Virus record (IMG/VR): IMGVR_UViG_3300002140_000088
Origin: an uncultured virus (IMG/VR IMGVR_UViG_3300002140_000088)
Lineage: Duplodnaviria > Heunggongvirae > Uroviricota > Caudoviricetes
Strand: one strand, 5' to 3'
DNA: 64,000 nucleotides
Part shown: piece by piece, positions 1-7,911 of the stretch
How positions within the stretch are numbered: position 1 is the first letter of the stretch
Layout of the letters: each line of letters opens with the position of its first letter
Notes under the pieces: generated by a model
What the model saw: the letters and a program-made list of their open reading frames with translations, nothing else
Told to the model about the DNA's origin: nothing
Databases searched by the model: none
Made by a program: the position numbers and the translations under genes

Positions 1-2
1 AA

Positions 3-186
3 GATGGAGATGATGCTCAGTTATACGATAGCGGCTATCAGGACGGTATTAATGAATGTATTAGAATACTTAAGGAAGTTGCTAAACAACCACAGATAAA
101 TAGAATGCCATCTGGATTTGCTGTGTCAGTGGTTATTGCTACACTAGAAGAAACAATGAGAAAGGGAGAGTATGTCGGAACTTAGT
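3..186 (+). CDS. hypothetical protein, 5'-truncated
   Basis: Open frame from the window edge (DGDDAQLYDSGYQDGINECIRILKE...) to TAG at 184-186. Confidence 0.5.
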
Positions 187-306
187 ACTTATTATTGGGA
201 GGGTGTATTAGATACCTGCCAATATTTCAAAGATGAATTAGGTATTGAAGATGCAATGGAAACGTCCTTAGCAGAGGAGGCGATGGCCTATCTCTCAGAG
301 CGATGA
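172..306 (+). CDS. small hypothetical protein (44 aa)
   Basis: ATG preceded by aagggagag; MSELSTYYWEGVLDTCQYF...; overlaps the upstream stop. Confidence 0.45.
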   Translation: MSELSTYYWEGVLDTCQYFKDELGIEDAMETSLAEEAMAYLSER

Positions 307-390
307 ATATGCAGCGGTATTGTTTGAAGTCCTAGTATCAAGTGGATTCGATCCACGCTCAGTGTCAGTGGTAGATGATAAGGTAGAACT

Positions 391-507
391 ATGAATGAAT
401 TCGATAAAGCAATGGAAGATGTACTCGACTATGGTATGAAAGCCATAGATAACCTTACCGCCGAGGATTTGGCAAAAATTCAAATAATGTTCGAAGGAGC
501 AGAATAA
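391..507 (+). CDS. small acidic hypothetical protein (38 aa)
   Basis: MNEFDKAMEDVLDYGMKAIDNLTAEDLAKIQIMFEGAE; TAATG coupling to the next gene. Confidence 0.5.
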   Translation: MNEFDKAMEDVLDYGMKAIDNLTAEDLAKIQIMFEGAE

Positions 508-914
508 TGGGAGACAGAGCTAACGTTGGAATCAAGACAAGCAATGGCAACACTATCTTTATTTATTTACATTGGGGTGGAATGGATAGGCATGAGATTG
601 TTGCTAAGGCTATTTCACATGCAATGCTTAGAGAAAATGACGAGTCATACTTTACACGTATCTTTGTTTCAAGAGTGATTGACACTGATTGGGATAAAGA
701 AACTGGAGTAGGCGTGGCCATCAATGAATTGCCTAGTAGTGGCGACGGGTATGATGTTCCAGTCTATGACTACACTAATAAAACTATTAGTATCCATCAA
801 GAGGATTGGACAGCTGTTGGTGCTGGTGGACTTGCGCATTACATCTCAGAGGTGTATGATAGAGATGAGTACCTTGCCAAATACGCAGTCAGGAGCACTG
901 GAGCATATGTCTGA
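507..914 (+). CDS. phage hypothetical protein (MGDRAN...YLHWGG type)
   Basis: 135-aa ORF with SD aaggag; N-terminal motif typical of actinophage early genes. Confidence 0.75.
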   Translation: MGDRANVGIKTSNGNTIFIYLHWGGMDRHEIVAKAISHAMLRENDESYFTRIFVSRVIDTDWDKETGVGVAINELPSSGDGYDVPVYDYTNKTISIHQEDWTAVGAGGLAHYISEVYDRDEYLAKYAVRSTGAYV

Positions 915-1287
915 AACAATTAGTCTAAACAATAGTATAGTTACTGATAACTACGACCTAAACATTTGGGATAGGCGTGGGTATGAAACTGAATATGCTG
1001 AAGAAGGGTGGGCTATTGACATTTATGCCTATAAGCATGTTCAAGACCCCTATGGTAGCGGTAGGCACATGAAAGACCATACCATCACTCTTACACCAAT
1101 AGAGACTAAAAGGTTGACACTAGGTTGGGACACTGACCTAGGAGGTGACTACACACCAGACGCTGATTTCTGGATAGACAAAGCAACATTCTTCCAGACC
1201 TATACTGACATCCCCGAGCGGGTAGCTAACCTGTTGTGGGCCCTGCCTGAGTATGAGCAGATTGACGCATTCAGGGAAGTAGGGTAG
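907..1287 (+). CDS. hypothetical protein
   Basis: Start moved to ATG 907 (MSETISL), preceded by ggag and overlapping the upstream stop. Confidence 0.7.
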   Translation: MSETISLNNSIVTDNYDLNIWDRRGYETEYAEEGWAIDIYAYKHVQDPYGSGRHMKDHTITLTPIETKRLTLGWDTDLGGDYTPDADFWIDKATFFQTYTDIPERVANLLWALPEYEQIDAFREVG

Positions 1288-1290
1288 AAT
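1262..1290 (+). promoter_or_regulatory. sigma70/SigA-type promoter
   Basis: TTGACG-17 bp-TAGAAT just upstream of ORF 1299. Confidence 0.6.
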
Positions 1291-1298
1291 AGGAGTAT

Positions 1299-1787
1299 AT
1301 GAAAAACAAAGAGGAAATTGTAGCCTCTAAACTATACGACTTACTTGCTGATATTAGAACAGACCCAACACTTGTCGGAAGATACTTTGCCCAAACAGCG
1401 AGGGCAGAAGTATATGAAAGATTTGATGAGATGACAAGTTCTGCTAGACAAGAAAAGCAAAATAGAATAGACTGGATAAAAGACATAATCATAGGAGAGA
1501 AAAAAATGACAACATCATTCGACAATAAGGTAATTATTCTATCCCAATTCTTCACTAGCTATGGACAAGAAGGAGACTTTGTAGACTTTATTCTTGAGAG
1601 AAATCTTGGCTTCCCTATGGCTATGGCTTATCACTTTGACTTCATAATTGGTTTTACTGATGAAGGTGCTGAGCTGATTGAGCAAACATTTGATGACCTT
1701 TTAGAATTACTTGAGCTAGAAGATGAAGGTTGGGAAGATGTCTATGAGCTTGAGAAATCCGCTGGTCTTGAGGGAGCTATCCAATAA
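1299..1787 (+). CDS. hypothetical protein, probable in-frame fusion of two small genes
   Basis: Internal SD aggagag and in-frame ATG at 1506; C-terminal half resembles the protein at 18504-18785. Confidence 0.7.
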   Translation: MKNKEEIVASKLYDLLADIRTDPTLVGRYFAQTARAEVYERFDEMTSSARQEKQNRIDWIKDIIIGEKKMTTSFDNKVIILSQFFTSYGQEGDFVDFILERNLGFPMAMAYHFDFIIGFTDEGAELIEQTFDDLLELLELEDEGWEDVYELEKSAGLEGAIQ

Positions 1788-1800
1788 GCTATCCCTAGTT

Positions 1801-1829
1801 ACCTGCCCCATCGATCTGGTGGGGCAGGT
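1801..1829 (+). terminator. GC-rich hairpin after the plus-strand gene run
   Basis: acctgcccca-N9-tggggcaggt 10-bp inverted repeat; no U-tract. Confidence 0.5.
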
Positions 1830-2242
1830 GGGCCGGACCTTCATATACCTAACAATACTATTAAAAATCTTTACGAAGGTATTGATTTTTTCCCCAAAGT
1901 ATGATAAGATCCAATAGGAGTGTGGTATGAATACTATAGTATGTACTATAATGATTATCTTTATTATAGTTACATTAGTTGTATTGGTCAATGATTGATA
2001 CCGGCTGCGTCTTATAAGATAATATAAACAAACAATACATTACGAAGGGATCAAAAAAATCCCAAAAAGTTTGAGGGTATATGTTAGACCCAGTATCAAT
2101 ACCTACCATAGAGTATATAACACTGTTAGTATTCTCTTCTATTATGATAGGTATATGGATATATATAAAAGGAAAAGAATGATGGATTTTTAATCCATTT
2201 CCCCCAGTTTTTATATGTTTTTAATTAGTTTTGAAAAGGATC

Positions 2243-2271
2243 TTGACAAAAACATTGTTTTGCTGTAATAT
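2243..2271 (+). promoter_or_regulatory. sigma70-type promoter
   Basis: TTGACA-17 bp-TAATAT. Confidence 0.5.
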
Positions 2272-2278
2272 TATGTAT

Positions 2279-2590
2279 ATGAAGAATAAAAAAGATAAAG
2301 CATTCATTCCAGTATTAGGCCTTGTAGGTCTTGGAGTTGTAGCGTTCGTCGCTACCCTCGGGGCCCAACAGATCGTCGGGTATCAGACTGATGACCCTTT
2401 CTCAATCATTACCCACCACGAAGGTGTATATACTGTCACCCAGACAGTTGAATCTAATTGCCTGGTAGTAGAAAGCACTAGGACTATCAACTCCGATGGT
2501 ACCCTTAGCCTCCTAGGCCATAAGGCTACTATATCTGATAGCGAGAATTGCATTGATGTAAGGTTTGATGAAAGTGGAGATGATGAGTAA
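2279..2590 (+). CDS. membrane-anchored or secreted hypothetical protein
   Basis: Basic N-terminus MKNKKDK followed by hydrophobic AFIPVLGLVGLGVVAFVATLGA. Confidence 0.65.
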   Translation: MKNKKDKAFIPVLGLVGLGVVAFVATLGAQQIVGYQTDDPFSIITHHEGVYTVTQTVESNCLVVESTRTINSDGTLSLLGHKATISDSENCIDVRFDESGDDE

Positions 2591-2720
2591 GCGTGATAGA
2601 ACACATCTGTTGGTATATCCCCCTATACCAACACATATCATGCTAAATGTTATTATGAAGGAGTGTAAAAAGTCGCTGGAAGATATTAAGTTGTTTAATT
2701 AGATGTGCACTAATACCCAT

Positions 2721-2806
2721 TAACCACTTTCATCCACTTATAACCACTCTACTCCACTTATTCAGTAAGATAAACTGTTGATAACATGTTAATAACCTGT
2801 GGATAA
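2721..2806. repeat. phased repeats: 4x CCACT (10-bp period) and 3 DnaA-box-like 9-mers (11-bp period)
   Basis: taaccacttt catccactta taaccactct actccactta; TGTTGATAA, TGTTAATAA, TGTGGATAA. Confidence 0.7.
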
Positions 2807-2956
2807 CTTCGAGGGTATTGAGATATCCGCATACAAACTGTACACACATAATGTTATCTGTTCATGTCCTACCAAGAGTACACTTGATTGATATGTCCTC
2901 TTAGAATGACAACTATAATGTCTAACATACTATACATTAGGGCTATATGTGTAGCT

Positions 2957-3006
2957 AATGTCGGCGATCACTGACATTACGTTATGTGTCGGCGAACGCT
3001 GACATT
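2957..3006. repeat. twin direct-repeat hairpins
   Basis: tgtcggcga-tca-ctgacatt and tgtcggcga-acg-ctgacatt, 28 bp apart; each is self-complementary. Confidence 0.65.
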
Positions 3007-3193
3007 GCTCAATGTGGAGTATCTCCTACATTGCACGATGTGGGGATATGAGCTATAATATCTATATGCAGTCATTCTTCTTTGGTTCTTTAATCTTTAG
3101 CCTATTTGTCTTCTTGTCTGTGGCTTATGCTCTTATAGAGAAGCATATAGAGTTGTTATCTAACTAGGGGTTATTGTTATATAGGGGATGATG

Positions 3194-3406
3194 TTATTCT
3201 TTATGCCCCGAAAGTTTTGCTAGATCAATTTCTAGCTTACCAATACGCTTATGGAGTATATCCCTGGTAGTCTTCAATGACTCAATCCTGTCTTGGGCAT
3301 CCGAATATCTAAACAATAGTCCTCCAGAATACTCATCAAATCCATAGATCATATGCCATAGTTCATTATAGGAGTGTTTCATCCTACGTTTAAAGTATTT
3401 AATCAT
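3194..3406 (-). CDS. hypothetical protein with C-terminal coiled coil
   Basis: 70-aa ORF coupled to the upstream gene. Confidence 0.6.
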   Translation of the reverse strand: MIKYFKRRMKHSYNELWHMIYGFDEYSGGLLFRYSDAQDRIESLKTTRDILHKRIGKLEIDLAKLSGHKE

Positions 3407-3776
3407 TACCCCACGACTTTCCAGAATTACTACCAGTTCTCATTAAATAGTTGGCAGCCTTCTTTAGCATATTAACATCATCATTAAAACGACCCAAAGC
3501 AGTATTACATCCAGTGCATAGCCAACCCCTAAACTCATCTGTCTTCCAGTCATGATCCAAATGATATGTATCATAACTCATTTCACAAATATTACAGACA
3601 TGATCAGCACTAGGCTTGGGAGTTATCTTCCTCAAATATGTAGTAGTCTTGGTCAAATGAGCATCACAAATCTTACACACATTCTTATACCAAATCTTTC
3701 CAGTATTACGACCAACATTACTAATTCCCATATCACCCAATGGTTTTGTCTTATCACACAGTTTACAGGTTTTCAT
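3399..3776 (-). CDS. endonuclease VII-family (HNH-like) nuclease
   Basis: CxxC pairs; HLDHDW...FRGWLCTGCNTALGRFNDD motif. Confidence 0.85.
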   Translation of the reverse strand: MKTCKLCDKTKPLGDMGISNVGRNTGKIWYKNVCKICDAHLTKTTTYLRKITPKPSADHVCNICEMSYDTYHLDHDWKTDEFRGWLCTGCNTALGRFNDDVNMLKKAANYLMRTGSNSGKSWGND

Positions 3777-4078
3777 TAAAAGTCTTCCAGATCTAGTTCT
3801 TCCCTGGCTTTTACAGGGTCATAAACAAAAGCCAAAAGCTCAGCAATATCACGATACATTTTAGCTTTAGTACCACTACCACTTAGCATCTCTTGTTCAG
3901 ACATCATATTAAGAACACGCTGAACTCTTTCTCTTTCATCAGTGTTGCCCTCATTATATCCTTCACGATAGCCTTCGTTATAATACTCTGCACGATCAAA
4001 CGTACCTTCATCATAACCATTGCTATGTGCTTTATCACCATACCGCTTAATTTCTTTGATAATCTTTTTCATTCCCAT
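3776..4078 (-). CDS. hypothetical protein (GYxxG repeats, ERER helix)
   Basis: 100-aa ORF directly downstream of a consensus promoter. Confidence 0.7.
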   Translation of the reverse strand: MGMKKIIKEIKRYGDKAHSNGYDEGTFDRAEYYNEGYREGYNEGNTDERERVQRVLNMMSEQEMLSGSGTKAKMYRDIAELLAFVYDPVKAREELDLEDF

Positions 4079-4084
4079 AATATT

Positions 4085-4113
4085 ATTCTACTCTACTATT
4101 CCTTTTGTGTCAA
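4085..4113 (-). promoter_or_regulatory. sigma70-type promoter, probably leaderless
   Basis: TTGACA-17 bp-TAGAAT, 6 nt, then ATG. Confidence 0.7.
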
Positions 4114-4212
4114 GCATGAACACCCATTGTCTAGACATGTCCTGCAAATAGATTTAGATAATGCACTATAAGAAAATACCCAGCAGGTACAGTTGTCTAT
4201 AGAGTGGATCAT
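4096..4212 (-). CDS. small Cys-rich peptide (38 aa)
   Basis: MIHSIDNCTCWVFSYSALSKSICRTCLDNGCSCLTQKE; ATGA overlap with the HNH stop. Confidence 0.35.
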   Translation of the reverse strand: MIHSIDNCTCWVFSYSALSKSICRTCLDNGCSCLTQKE

Positions 4213-4742
4213 CTCTTATTCACCGCCGAACTCATATCCGCCGAGCTTTTAAAATCTTTTGCTCCCTTAATAATATTACATAATGCATGAGAAGGTCTAA
4301 CATTATCTAAGCTATCTCTACCACCTCTCGCAATAGCAATAAGATGATCAATGTGTAGACCATTTTCCCAGTTTCCAAAACCAACTCTTCTAGAAGCAAA
4401 CATGTCTATTTCAAATCCACAGATATGACATATCGTACCGTATTTTTCAATTACTTCCTGCTCTACATATTTCTCAAAACCATTTTTGGCTATCGTGGCT
4501 CGCTTCCTACGTTTCTTGCTTCTATCTATTTGTCTTCCTTTTTCAGAATTAGAATAAGCCCGTTGAACAGCACGAACAGTCTCTGGGTCATCAGCACGTC
4601 TCTTACGTTGTTTTCGATTTATCTCATCACAGTGCTTGGAATGTCTTTCTCGTTGCCTTTCGGCATCACAAGGTTTACAGTAAGACTTACTCTTGCTGTT
4701 CATTTCATTCACTTTGCATCTAATACAAATCTTATTCATCAC
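4209..4742 (-). CDS. HNH endonuclease
   Basis: CHICG...HIDHLIAIARGGRDSLDNVRPSHALCN. Confidence 0.9.
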   Translation of the reverse strand: MMNKICIRCKVNEMNSKSKSYCKPCDAERQRERHSKHCDEINRKQRKRRADDPETVRAVQRAYSNSEKGRQIDRSKKRRKRATIAKNGFEKYVEQEVIEKYGTICHICGFEIDMFASRRVGFGNWENGLHIDHLIAIARGGRDSLDNVRPSHALCNIIKGAKDFKSSADMSSAVNKR

Positions 4743-5233
4743 TTAACTTTAATCTTTCGAGCTTTAGCAATCACATCATCCAAAGCAATTGGCGTATAGT
4801 TTATTTGTTCTACACTCACATTAATGTACCAATTATCTTTAATTAGTTTATCATGTAGGTGACCGTGAACATTAGCTTTGTACCTACTAGACTGTTGCTT
4901 GTTCACTGGTATGTGTGTGAGTAGCATTTCAGCAATACTGTGGCTGCCCCGAATATCTTTAAAGTGAGGGAGGTATTCCTTGATGGGGAAGATATCGTGA
5001 TTGCCTTTAATTAAAATCTTTGTACCATTAAGATGATCCATTATCCACAAGTGTTTAGGGTTCATGGTTAGATCCCCAAGGTGGTACACCTTATCATTAG
5101 GTCCGACAACACTATTCCAATTCTTAATCAAAGCGCTGTCCATTTCATCCACATTTTCATAAGGTCTATTGCAATATTTAATAATATTATTATGACCAAA
5201 GTGTGTGTCACTAATAAGAAATACTTCTGCCAT
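4739..5233 (-). CDS. calcineurin-like metallophosphoesterase
   Basis: SDTHFGH, HLGD, GNHD, THIP and HGHLH motifs. Confidence 0.9.
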   Translation of the reverse strand: MAEVFLISDTHFGHNNIIKYCNRPYENVDEMDSALIKNWNSVVGPNDKVYHLGDLTMNPKHLWIMDHLNGTKILIKGNHDIFPIKEYLPHFKDIRGSHSIAEMLLTHIPVNKQQSSRYKANVHGHLHDKLIKDNWYINVSVEQINYTPIALDDVIAKARKIKVK

Positions 5234-5513
5234 CAACTTCCCACCCATCTAGATCTGCTTGTGACCAATCGTCAACCTTAACCATAAAGTTCTTTTGGTC
5301 GTCTTTTTCTATTTCCTTAAACACACTTTCTGGGACATGTTGTCCTAGCATCCTATGTGTGTTTAAATGATCTATCATCTCTACCGTGCTGAATGCATGA
5401 AAAGATCCCCACTGATCTTCATCATCTGTAATGTTACACGCACAACAATTAAGAAAGCCACCAGTGTCCATAAATACATAGACATCAGCTTCCATAAATC
5501 TACAGTAGCTCAA
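5211..5513 (-). CDS. hypothetical protein, possibly Zn-binding
   Basis: MSYCRF...DVYVF...CCAC...H..H pattern. Confidence 0.7.
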   Translation of the reverse strand: MSYCRFMEADVYVFMDTGGFLNCCACNITDDEDQWGSFHAFSTVEMIDHLNTHRMLGQHVPESVFKEIEKDDQKNFMVKVDDWSQADLDGWEVDGRSISY

Positions 5514-5718
5514 TCATCTCTCCTTTAATTTTTGAAACAAGTCTAAGTCCCTCTTCACCTTTTACTTTGCAATCACATTCCCCATCATGGGAAAGCCACT
5601 CAGAAGCTTCTAGCTCCAGCAGCCGAACAATGCGATCATGCTCAGCCTTGACGCCCTGGTTGTAGCCAAGCTGGTAATCCCAGGTTGTATTGTCTGCCGG
5701 TACAGGTGTATCACTCAT
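5500..5718 (-). CDS. hypothetical protein
   Basis: 72-aa ORF containing GYNQGVKAEHDRIVRLLE. Confidence 0.65.
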   Translation of the reverse strand: MSDTPVPADNTTWDYQLGYNQGVKAEHDRIVRLLELEASEWLSHDGECDCKVKGEEGLRLVSKIKGEMIELL

Positions 5719-5966
5719 TAGTTCTCCCCATGTCTGGCTTTGTAGGCCGCAAAAGTTTCTCGGTCATTGTCGCTCGCCTGGTGTCGGCTAAGCATTTCCT
5801 CCAAGAGGTCTTCCAAAGATTCCACTGCGTCCTCATAGGCAAACCTAGAGACCTCCTCGTTAGTCAGCCACGAATCGGCCCCAGCCGAAGCATCTCGCTC
5901 CTGGGACGCTCGCTCATTCAAGTACTCCAAAACATCAACCAACATTTCAGGGTATGTATCACTCAT
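5718..5966 (-). CDS. acidic hypothetical protein
   Basis: 82-aa ORF with coupled start/stop. Confidence 0.65.
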   Translation of the reverse strand: MSDTYPEMLVDVLEYLNERASQERDASAGADSWLTNEEVSRFAYEDAVESLEDLLEEMLSRHQASDNDRETFAAYKARHGEN

Positions 5967-6112
5967 CAGTTCTCTTCCCCTACACTCTTAAAGTCAATCA
6001 TCTCATAATCTTTCCAAAGAAAAGCACAGTCAGTATTCATGCACCAAGCAAGGCCACCCGTCCCACCTAAGCTTTGTATTCCACAGTTAGGACATGCTAT
6101 AACGTTACTCAT
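5966..6112 (-). CDS. small Zn-ribbon-like protein (48 aa)
   Basis: MSNVIACPNCG...WCMNTDC; fills the gap with coupled ends. Confidence 0.55.
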   Translation of the reverse strand: MSNVIACPNCGIQSLGGTGGLAWCMNTDCAFLWKDYEMIDFKSVGEEN

Positions 6113-6114
6113 AT

Positions 6115-6330
6115 TTACCTTTGCTTATCGCTAAATGTTTTAAATACAAGGACACTTCTCCCAAGGAAGATATCTAAAGTCCAACCCTTAAAATTAGTAA
6201 GAGAAAATCCATAGTTTGAAACATACCAGGTTTGTGGAAGGTAGTGTATGATATGGATAGTCCTACCATAAAAGGTAATGACTTTATCTTTACGAGTCAC
6301 TTCTCTCTTAGTACTTAGTTGTTCGCTCAT
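6115..6330 (-). CDS. hypothetical protein
   Basis: 71-aa ORF downstream of a consensus promoter. Confidence 0.6.
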   Translation of the reverse strand: MSEQLSTKREVTRKDKVITFYGRTIHIIHYLPQTWYVSNYGFSLTNFKGWTLDIFLGRSVLVFKTFSDKQR

Positions 6331-6336
6331 ATACCT

Positions 6337-6365
6337 ATTCTACACGATTATGATAGTGGTGTCAA
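6337..6365 (-). promoter_or_regulatory. sigma70-type promoter, probably leaderless
   Basis: TTGACA-17 bp-TAGAAT, 6 nt, then ATG. Confidence 0.7.
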
Positions 6366-6384
6366 TACATGATATACTAAATTT

Positions 6385-6498
6385 ATGGATAATGCTATTG
6401 AAGAATTAGAGTTTGAAATTATAATGTGTCAGAAGACTGGCAAGGTTGATCTTATCCCTGGCCTTGAGCGTGCAATTAGAATCATCTCAGAACTATAA
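6385..6498 (+). CDS. small hypothetical protein (37 aa), probably leaderless
   Basis: TGA-TATACT, 6 nt, then ATG; MDNAIEELEFEIIMCQKTGKVDLIPGLERAIRIISEL. Confidence 0.55.
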   Translation: MDNAIEELEFEIIMCQKTGKVDLIPGLERAIRIISEL

Positions 6499-6499
6499 C

Positions 6500-6528
6500 T
6501 TGACACTCTCTTAGTGTTGTGAGACAAT
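6500..6528 (+). promoter_or_regulatory. sigma70-type promoter
   Basis: TTGACA-17 bp-GACAAT with TG extension, upstream of SD aaggagg. Confidence 0.5.
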
Positions 6529-6555
6529 TAACTTACAATCAATTAAGGAGGAATC

Positions 6556-6756
6556 ATGTTTAATTTTGATGAGACAAAAGTGCCAAAAGTTGAGTTCCTA
6601 AAGTCTTGGAAACTTGAAGACGGAACAGACAATGATATATATCAAGCTGGCAATTGGTCATTTGAAGCTGACGATAAAGATTTAGACTATGCAGAAGAAG
6701 CAATCTATGCTTGGACTGCCTGGTATAACTTTATTAAAGAGCAACAAAGCAAATAA
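6556..6756 (+). CDS. hypothetical protein
   Basis: 66-aa ORF with strong SD aaggagga. Confidence 0.7.
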   Translation: MFNFDETKVPKVEFLKSWKLEDGTDNDIYQAGNWSFEADDKDLDYAEEAIYAWTAWYNFIKEQQSK

Positions 6757-6808
6757 TATTGTGTATACTAGTAGTAGTTGTTTATGCAACTATACCGAAA
6801 GGCTTTGA

Positions 6809-7009
6809 ATGAAAAACGGAGAACTTACAATCATCGTCAGTAAAATTGCTGAAGGAGACGGCATTGGATATTGGTCTGGCGAACTCTTGTATAATGATGA
6901 CAGTGTATGTCAGGTAACAAGTCCTGACTTTTATGGTGCTGTAGATGAGCTTCTTGCTTATGCACAAACAGAAAATAATGTTATCGATCAAGAGTGGTTT
7001 AATAACTAA
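6809..7009 (+). CDS. hypothetical protein
   Basis: 66-aa acidic ORF. Confidence 0.6.
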   Translation: MKNGELTIIVSKIAEGDGIGYWSGELLYNDDSVCQVTSPDFYGAVDELLAYAQTENNVIDQEWFNN

Positions 7010-7288
7010 ATGAATGCTAGCTCAAAAAGCAGCAGGGAAAAAATTAGACATCGTAATCGTGAATATGTTAGAAAGATTAAAGAGTCTAGTTCCTGTGCTG
7101 ATTGTGGCAAAGCATACCATTACTATCAGATGGACTTTGATCATCTGGGAGATAAGAAACAAACAATTGCTAGACTTGCTAACTCAGAAGCTAGTATTAA
7201 AACAATTAAACAAGAAATCGCTAAGTGCGAACTAGTATGTTCTAATTGTCACAGATTAAGAACTTGGAATAGATTACAGGAGTCATAA
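7010..7288 (+). CDS. HNH-family endonuclease
   Basis: CADCG...MDFDH...EIAKCELVCSNCHRLRT. Confidence 0.85.
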   Translation: MNASSKSSREKIRHRNREYVRKIKESSSCADCGKAYHYYQMDFDHLGDKKQTIARLANSEASIKTIKQEIAKCELVCSNCHRLRTWNRLQES

Positions 7289-7911
7289 TGGCAACACAAA
7301 ATAAAATTAGTACCAACATGAACTACAACACCAATACGCCACAGCAGGCTAAAAGAAAAACTGCTGTTAGAAAAACATCTACTGGTATTAGTAATCGTGC
7401 TGCTACTAGGGATCGCAAGGTCAAGCACGAACGTTATGTCCTTCAAGAATCAAAGAGGGCATCAAAAATTCAGGTAGATCAAAACGTAGTATTAGTAGCA
7501 TGGATCATTGGTATTGGGATTGCATTCCTTTCATCCGCAGTAGTATCATTTAATGGTATTACTTCTGTAGCAGTCTTTGTAGGACTTGCTCAGGCATGGA
7601 TGGCTGGGCTATTCTTCTTCTTTGTTGAGATCATGTACCTATTGTTCTTGGTAGCCTACCTTGTATTAGCATCTAGGCTTGATGAAGATGAGCAGCAGGA
7701 GCGTACCAATGGTGCTCTATGGGGAATGATTTCCTTTGGTGGTATTGCTGTATTGGCTAATGCCTTTCATACCTTCAACTATTGGCAGTGGGCATGGGCA
7801 GAGCCTCAGATGTGGGCTGGTATTGTTCTAAGCATTTCAGCACCCATTGCTATCATTTCAGCAAGTAAGATGGCTTCGAGGGTAGTATTTGCTAAAGCTA
7901 TTAGTCTTTAA
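7288..7911 (+). CDS. integral membrane protein (about 4 TM)
   Basis: Basic N-terminus followed by four hydrophobic segments. Confidence 0.75.
   Translation: MATQNKISTNMNYNTNTPQQAKRKTAVRKTSTGISNRAATRDRKVKHERYVLQESKRASKIQVDQNVVLVAWIIGIGIAFLSSAVVSFNGITSVAVFVGLAQAWMAGLFFFFVEIMYLLFLVAYLVLASRLDEDEQQERTNGALWGMISFGGIAVLANAFHTFNYWQWAWAEPQMWAGIVLSISAPIAIISASKMASRVVFAKAISL

Noticed and set aside
270..394. Possible frameshifted continuation of ORF 172-306
   Set aside because: An overlapping open frame exists, but there is no clear slippery site or homology evidence; it cannot be separated from chance or assembly error
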